Source of the DNA: an uncultured virus (IMG/VR IMGVR_UViG_3300029319_000021)
Taxonomy: Duplodnaviria > Heunggongvirae > Uroviricota > Caudoviricetes
DNA: 64,000 nt
Strand: one strand, 5' to 3'
IMG/VR virus record: IMGVR_UViG_3300029319_000021
Shown here: piece after piece, positions 59,101-64,000 of the stretch
Layout: every line of letters starts with the position of its first letter
Numbering within the stretch: position 1 is the first letter of the stretch
The notes under the pieces: model-generated
What the model saw: the letters and a program-made list of their open reading frames with translations, nothing else
Database searches by the model: none
What the model was told of the DNA's origin: nothing
Position numbers and translations under genes: made by a program

Positions 59101-60668
59101 TAAATGGACAATTCCGTGGATTAGTTGTTGCTGGTGTTTCTACCTTAGGTGTTACTTCAGTAAGTAATTTAGGGGTAGAAGAATTAAATGTAACTGGTAT
59201 TAGTACATTTACTACAGTTAGTCTTTTAAAAGGATTATCTGTTGTAGATATTACTGGATCAGGTCTTGTTGCATCTGGTGTTGTTACTGCAACGACTGTA
59301 GATGCAGGTATTGTCACCTCTACAAATCTTTATGTAACAGGTGTTTCGACTGTTGGTGTTATTACTGGAGGCACTTCGGTAGGTGCTAGTAACTTCTATG
59401 GTAATTTGGTTGGAGATGTAACTGGTGATGTAACTGGAAATACAACTGGAAATTTAACAGGTAATGTTTATTCAGCATCAGGTATTTCAACATTTATGGG
59501 AAGTGTTGGAATTGGAACAACAGACATTGTTGGTGCAGCAAAAACTCTTAATACCTCAGTATTAAATGCTGGTATTGTTACTGCTGCATATTTCTATGGT
59601 GATGGTAGTGGATTAACAAATTCTAGTGCTACTCTTGCTGCAGCATCAGGAACTCAAAGAGTTGTTCTAACCAGCTTAACTTCAGGTGATATGGTTAATG
59701 CTGCTACTGACGGAGATTTATCATTTACTGTTGCTACAAATACATTAAACACAATAAACATATCTGCAACTGCTGCTAATTATACTGGTATTGTAACAGC
59801 ATCTTCTTTTGTTGGTGATATAACAGGAGATGTGACAGGTGCTTCCTCAAAAATAACATTAGGAAATGAATCTACTGATACTACTTGTTTCCCAATATTT
59901 GTCACAGCAGCGACAGGTGATTTAGCACCTAAGACAAATACAAATTTAAGTTTTGATTCTTCGAATGGAACTTTAAGTGCTGCTAAATTTTCTGGTCCTG
60001 CTTCAGCATTAACGAATGATGCATCAGTCAATACAAGTGGAGTTATTACCGCTTCTTCTTTTGTTGGTGATGGTTCTGGATTGACCAGTGTAATTGGTTC
60101 TGGTTCAGGTGTTGTTATAAAACATGATGATGCCACAGTTGGTACTGCTGGTACGATTAATTTCTCATCAAACTTAGATGTATCTGATATTTCTGCTGGT
60201 GTCGTAACTGTAACTGCGTCTGGTGGTGGCGGTGGTGCTTCTGGAGTATGGGCAACCACTGATGCTGGAATTAATACAACTTCAAGTGTTGGTGTAGGAA
60301 CAACAAATCCACAATCAACTTTCCAAGTAGAAAGATATGGTATTCAGACTGGATTAGGAACATTTGATGCAATTGCTGGAGTAGCACAAACAGTTGATAC
60401 ATTTGCAATTTCCTCAACAGATTACAGAACTGCAGAATATACTCTTCACTTTGAAAGAGGAATTGATATTCAGGCACAAAAACTTCTTGTGATGCAAAAT
60501 GGAACCACCGCATACTCTCAAGAATATGCAACAATGGCTGAATCTAATACTATTGTTTCTGTAGCAGCAACAATTACAGGTGGAACTACCTGTGAGATTT
60601 TGATAACTCCAGAAATAGGTATTAGTGGACTAACCACATATAGATTCGTAAGAGGGGCTCTTCTTTAA
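56115..60668 (+). CDS. Long tail fibre-like protein
   Basis: VGIGTT, GVVTATSF.GDGS.LT and GISTF repeats; ATAAATA at 56092. Confidence 0.8.
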   Translation: MANYRKSFNFRNGVQVDNDNFIVNPNGLVGIGTSVPTELLDVRGTTKVTGIVTTTNLWVNENLYVGGISTVGFITASDISVSGVVTATKFKGDGSELSGLAQAAWNITSAGLSTLTDVGIGTTNPEYKLQIGFNPSTGSGTGIDSTGNGFFSGIVTTGGLETTGFVTTGNLYVSGVTSHFDDLTLFGAGGNASWDRDGGSGQGQLGFSDNVRAVFGTGNDLKIFHGNSPYDSESADQHSYIQDSGTGDLVLLSNQVAIRNAAETEDMARFYSDGSVELRYNGSKKFETSGLGVTVTGVTSTTDLWVDEDVYITGVATATTFFGALTGTASTATASATAFGLSGTPHVTVGNLIGAAATFTNLEVDNYAFSVLSTGKVGIGTSISTADLQINKSTNTLLEVITSSNTSSVSVGQSVGLGNSSGALQFNSGTLKLKNYDLGGVEVELHAGTGSGTTESFKVVHDDNTQFEATYDGKVGVNRPGVNLSRNLEVGGNAYITRDLEVVGVITAGVGANQITFGDGSSIPFPESQQFNIISGISTFNNLNVGRDQRVGGSSTISGNLFAAGSVGFGTTGSAGFLGGGNFSVEVFGDLLSHEGIIAQSKGGLSTATDGSLLGDPRSVAISLLPDENVVSPLSYGTFQVDTADQGFSVIGKQSLFVPTVGVPVAGFGATNLGILPKDFAKQKSLSTVGINTYFARSVLDVGAATTTNNSYFIPPSVTSGELEIIANLWTGKIVGYGTVRAKQVTPDGVPGGALVYNRTNTRLEVGIGTTTFCGIATLTNNHTGYSAYVPPYVNTEQRLALTNAGIASGAIIFNPLNKRLEMYKDAVTGWVGIATGSTTGAVSLDDLIDVEVPYPNDKDSLVWNAGASKWVPFNVGTGRFISNDTGISTNTNLGIGTTTASSALTVSGDGIFTGVVTATSFIGSGVNLTGVGTQGLNVQAQSLTVAGISTFHNDIKIGTGVTIESNGDATYTGIVTAGSFVGDGSGLTGVGTQGINGQFRGLVVAGVSTLGVTSVSNLGVEELNVTGISTFTTVSLLKGLSVVDITGSGLVASGVVTATTVDAGIVTSTNLYVTGVSTVGVITGGTSVGASNFYGNLVGDVTGDVTGNTTGNLTGNVYSASGISTFMGSVGIGTTDIVGAAKTLNTSVLNAGIVTAAYFYGDGSGLTNSSATLAAASGTQRVVLTSLTSGDMVNAATDGDLSFTVATNTLNTINISATAANYTGIVTASSFVGDITGDVTGASSKITLGNESTDTTCFPIFVTAATGDLAPKTNTNLSFDSSNGTLSAAKFSGPASALTNDASVNTSGVITASSFVGDGSGLTSVIGSGSGVVIKHDDATVGTAGTINFSSNLDVSDISAGVVTVTASGGGGGASGVWATTDAGINTTSSVGVGTTNPQSTFQVERYGIQTGLGTFDAIAGVAQTVDTFAISSTDYRTAEYTLHFERGIDIQAQKLLVMQNGTTAYSQEYATMAESNTIVSVAATITGGTTCEILITPEIGISGLTTYRFVRGALL

Positions 60669-62977
60669 TGCATACTATAACTGCAGTATCATTTGGTTCA
60701 ACTATACAAAATGATGTAGTACGTGTCATAAATGATACACCAAGAACCGATCCACAGGCGTTCACAGTTTATGTAAAAGATGCAAAGGATTGGAAAGAAA
60801 TTCATGATTATATCATTTATGAAAATAATCTTGATGATATTCCTAATCGTCAAATAAGTGTTGTATCGGAACTAGCATTTTCTCCAAAAAGATCTGTTTA
60901 CTCTATGTCAGAAGATGAGGCAGATGTTTTAAGAAATCATCCAAAAGTTGGATTAGTGACATATTCTTCTATGTACAATGAAGTTGTATTAGAACAAGCA
61001 AAATATGATCAAGAGCATGATAGACTTACAGATGCATTTAGATTTCAAGATACTTTTAATAGTACTAAATTTTATAATGCTCTAACATTTCCCCCTCACA
61101 ATACCGACGATCCTATTGATTGTAAAACAGAACATATATCATTTTGGAGAAGGGATACTAATACTGTATTTGATATTAATACTCCTTTACCACAAGGAAC
61201 TACTAATGGTGTTTATCGAGATTTGAGTTTTGGAGGTATTGGTATAGGATCAACAAATCCAGGTGTAGGTCTAACATTCACACAATGGGGATTACATAGA
61301 CATAGTTATAAAGAAAATCCTTTTAAAGCAGGTTATCCTGATAGTGTTAATGGATCTCTTGATAATGAAGTAATAACTGACAAAGATGTTGCATTTTCAT
61401 TAACAGGAAAACATGTTGATGTTGTTATTATGGATAGTGGAGTTATATGGAATCATCCAGAATTTTTACTTCCTGGTATAACTACTATTTCTACATATAG
61501 ATCAACAACAGATTCTGAAGGAAATTCATATGATGCAAGTACAGAATGGGTAAAACCATATACAAGAGTACGAGATATATTACTTGATGGTAAATCTGAT
61601 TATGGTATTGATTGGGAAGCAGAAGGATTAGTTTCTGCAGGTGCTGGTATATTAACCGCTTATAATAGACAAAATGTGCTTTCACAATCGGGCATAGGAA
61701 CTGATAATGGACATGGTACTCATGTTGCTTCAACTGCGGCTGGTAATGTATTTGGACACGCACCTGAGGCAAACATATGGTCTATTGCTTGTGTTGATAG
61801 ATCAGATGTTGGATTTGCAGAAGCTTCTGATGGTTTTGATTATATTAAAGTATGGCATAAGAAAAAACCAATAAATCCTGTAACAGGTAGAAAAAATCCT
61901 ACTATTGTTAATTGTAGTTGGGGTCAGAGACAGTTCTTTGTGTATAGTTTTGCTAGTCTTCCTTATACTGCAACTTTTAGAGGAACTTCCTATACTAGAG
62001 AACAAATAGAAGCAGATAATAATGCTGCTCCTGCCATTTATTATATCAATAAATCAGGTGGTTCTAGTCAATTCTTTAAGGCATTTACGAGTAAAAAAGA
62101 TAGTGGACAAGCATCTGCCGATGAATTATATGAAGATCCTGATTGTAAGGATGTTATTCTAGTATGTGCAGCAGGTAATAGTGGATATGACAATGGTAAA
62201 CAGGACTTGCCATTGGGATATGGTGGTGATGGTGATTATGAAAATAATGAAATTACTTCTGGTGCTTTCCTCTATACCTCTGGATTTGACAATCATTACA
62301 ATCGTCCAGGTACACCTGCAATTACTGGTATTGGAAAACCTGATGCTGTAATAAAAGTAGGTTCTATTGATAGTACACGAACAGGTGTTGGAACTGTTGG
62401 AATTGATGATGGTAGAGTAGGAACCAGTGGTACTTTTGGACAGGAAAGAATTTCTAGGTTTAGTAACAGAGGTCCAGCAGTTGATGTACTAGCTGCTGGA
62501 AGTAATATATGGGGAGCGTACGATAGAATCGAAAATTCTGTTTTACCTGATGGATACAGAGATCCTAGAAGACCAATATTCGATACATCATTACCTGATG
62601 ATGATATTACAAGACGAGCAAATGCATTCTCTTGTGTTCCTGTAAGTGGAACTAGCATGGCAACACCACAAGTAACAGGTGTCATTGCACAAAAATTACA
62701 GGCAGATCCATCAATGAATAGGATTGATGTTAGAAATTGGTTAATGAGTGAAGGGTCTGTAGTGGTAGATAATGAAGAATTTTGGGGTGGTAGATCTGGA
62801 AGTTCCCTTCCTTATACACCTGAAGATGCTGTAGGTGTTAATTCTGTTGCTTATTGGAGTGATGATTATGCATTAAGGGGTAATAATACTCGAATATTAT
62901 TCAATCCTTATGCTAATAATTCACGAGCTTCTATAAAGGGTGTGAATATATCTGGAGTTTCTATAACTCAATTATAA
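60668..62977 (+). CDS. Subtilisin-like (S8) serine protease
   Basis: Catalytic motifs VVIMDSG, HGTHVASTAAG, SGTSMATPQVTG and the AAGN oxyanion motif. Confidence 0.92.
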   Translation: MHTITAVSFGSTIQNDVVRVINDTPRTDPQAFTVYVKDAKDWKEIHDYIIYENNLDDIPNRQISVVSELAFSPKRSVYSMSEDEADVLRNHPKVGLVTYSSMYNEVVLEQAKYDQEHDRLTDAFRFQDTFNSTKFYNALTFPPHNTDDPIDCKTEHISFWRRDTNTVFDINTPLPQGTTNGVYRDLSFGGIGIGSTNPGVGLTFTQWGLHRHSYKENPFKAGYPDSVNGSLDNEVITDKDVAFSLTGKHVDVVIMDSGVIWNHPEFLLPGITTISTYRSTTDSEGNSYDASTEWVKPYTRVRDILLDGKSDYGIDWEAEGLVSAGAGILTAYNRQNVLSQSGIGTDNGHGTHVASTAAGNVFGHAPEANIWSIACVDRSDVGFAEASDGFDYIKVWHKKKPINPVTGRKNPTIVNCSWGQRQFFVYSFASLPYTATFRGTSYTREQIEADNNAAPAIYYINKSGGSSQFFKAFTSKKDSGQASADELYEDPDCKDVILVCAAGNSGYDNGKQDLPLGYGGDGDYENNEITSGAFLYTSGFDNHYNRPGTPAITGIGKPDAVIKVGSIDSTRTGVGTVGIDDGRVGTSGTFGQERISRFSNRGPAVDVLAAGSNIWGAYDRIENSVLPDGYRDPRRPIFDTSLPDDDITRRANAFSCVPVSGTSMATPQVTGVIAQKLQADPSMNRIDVRNWLMSEGSVVVDNEEFWGGRSGSSLPYTPEDAVGVNSVAYWSDDYALRGNNTRILFNPYANNSRASIKGVNISGVSITQL

Positions 62978-62980
62978 ATA
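62973..62980 (+). promoter_or_regulatory. T4-type late promoter
   Basis: TATAAATA 16 nt before ATG 62997. Confidence 0.7.
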
Positions 62981-62996
62981 TCTAAAAACAATAAAA

Positions 62997-64000
62997 ATGG
63001 CAAATAAGAGCTTTGGTACAAAACAATTAGATTTAACTGGTGCTTCTGGGTCTCCTATTATTACGAGTCCAAGTGATTTAAGTATCAATGCAACTACTGT
63101 TGCTATAAGCACAAATATATCTGTGGGTGGTTATTTTGCATCTAATGTTAATGTAGGAGCAGGATATTCAGTTGGTATAGGAACTACTATTCCAAGTGCA
63201 GAACTTGAGGTTAGAGGAGATATAAGATTAAGAAGAACTGCATCTGACGATGGTGGAATATTTTTTGGAGCTACAGATAATAATTATATATTTGGTTCTG
63301 ATACAGATGATCTTTTAACCTTTGCCACTAATGGTAGTGAAAAACTTCGCATTCAATCAAATGGTTATGTTGGTATTGGAAGTGAAAGTCCACAACAACA
63401 ATTAACTGTTGAAAATGATGCTACACATTGTTTAGTTCGTGTCATAAGTAACAACTTGAATGAATCTGGTATAGATTTTGGTGATACTGACGATGGTGAT
63501 CAAGGAAAAGTAAGATATAATAATGCTAATTCATATATGAGGTTTGAGGCTGCTGCAACTGAAAAACTTCGTATTACAGGCACTACAGACACCACTTTTG
63601 CAGGTAGTAATGATATAACTTTGAATCAAGGAGGTGGCATTGCTGAAACCACTCAGGTTACGGGTGTGATAAATATGGGAACTTCTTATTTAAACAGTAC
63701 ACATACTGCTGGTAGTGGACATTATGGTGCTGTAAAACTTCATTTATATAAGAGTAATACTGGAACAAACGCTGAGACAATAGACAATGTATATGGTTTA
63801 GGTGTTAGTAACGGTATGATGGAGATACAATCTAACGCATTTTTAGGATTCTTTGCTGGAACTTCTGGTGCTGGAACTGGAACAAGACCATTACGAATGG
63901 TTATAGATACGAATGGTAATATTGGAGTACCAGGTAATTCCACTGAAATTTATAATGCATCTGATTCTAGATTAAAGAAAAATGTAGTCACCTTAGATAA
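62997..64000 (+). CDS. Tail fibre protein with start of an S74 chaperone domain (3' truncated by window)
   Basis: Frame MANKSFGTKQL...; VGIGTT.P and EKLRI.S.G.VGIG repeats; in-frame SDSRLKKNV at the window edge. Confidence 0.8.
   Translation, partial: MANKSFGTKQLDLTGASGSPIITSPSDLSINATTVAISTNISVGGYFASNVNVGAGYSVGIGTTIPSAELEVRGDIRLRRTASDDGGIFFGATDNNYIFGSDTDDLLTFATNGSEKLRIQSNGYVGIGSESPQQQLTVENDATHCLVRVISNNLNESGIDFGDTDDGDQGKVRYNNANSYMRFEAAATEKLRITGTTDTTFAGSNDITLNQGGGIAETTQVTGVINMGTSYLNSTHTAGSGHYGAVKLHLYKSNTGTNAETIDNVYGLGVSNGMMEIQSNAFLGFFAGTSGAGTGTRPLRMVIDTNGNIGVPGNSTEIYNASDSRLKKNVVTLD

Overview
AT-rich 64 kb segment of a T4-like cyanomyophage (marine Prochlorococcus/Synechococcus-type myovirus, inferred from the gene set: thyX, phoH, gp33/gp59/gp32, gp53/48/2/4/54/26/51/5, glutaredoxin, 2OG-Fe(II) oxygenases, TAAATA late promoters). 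No tRNA, rRNA, CRISPR array or integrase was seen. Layout: (i) 0.4-8.6 kb tail-fibre-type genes. (ii) 8.6-27.6 kb accessory island with two paralogous ~1930-aa genes, each 6 x 6 Kelch-like 'RIDYSNDT' repeats, each followed by modifying enzymes (two glycosyltransferases, three 2OG-oxygenase-like proteins, a sulfotransferase, a carbamoyltransferase). (iii) 27.6-36 kb small genes and replication core, with a candidate sRNA and an NtcA-box/tandem glutamine-riboswitch/DUF4278 module. (iv) 36-50 kb baseplate genes. (v) 50-64 kb large fibre genes and an S8 protease. Two observations stand out. First, a glutamine-riboswitch-like aptamer has a complete 67-codon ORF nested in it, with the start codon in the P2 stem and the stop codon in the conserved junction. 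Second, the twin propeller genes have near-identical DNA linkers but divergent blades, consistent with a recombining, possibly enzyme-decorated receptor-binding system. All protein calls come from motif recognition and synteny; no searches were run.
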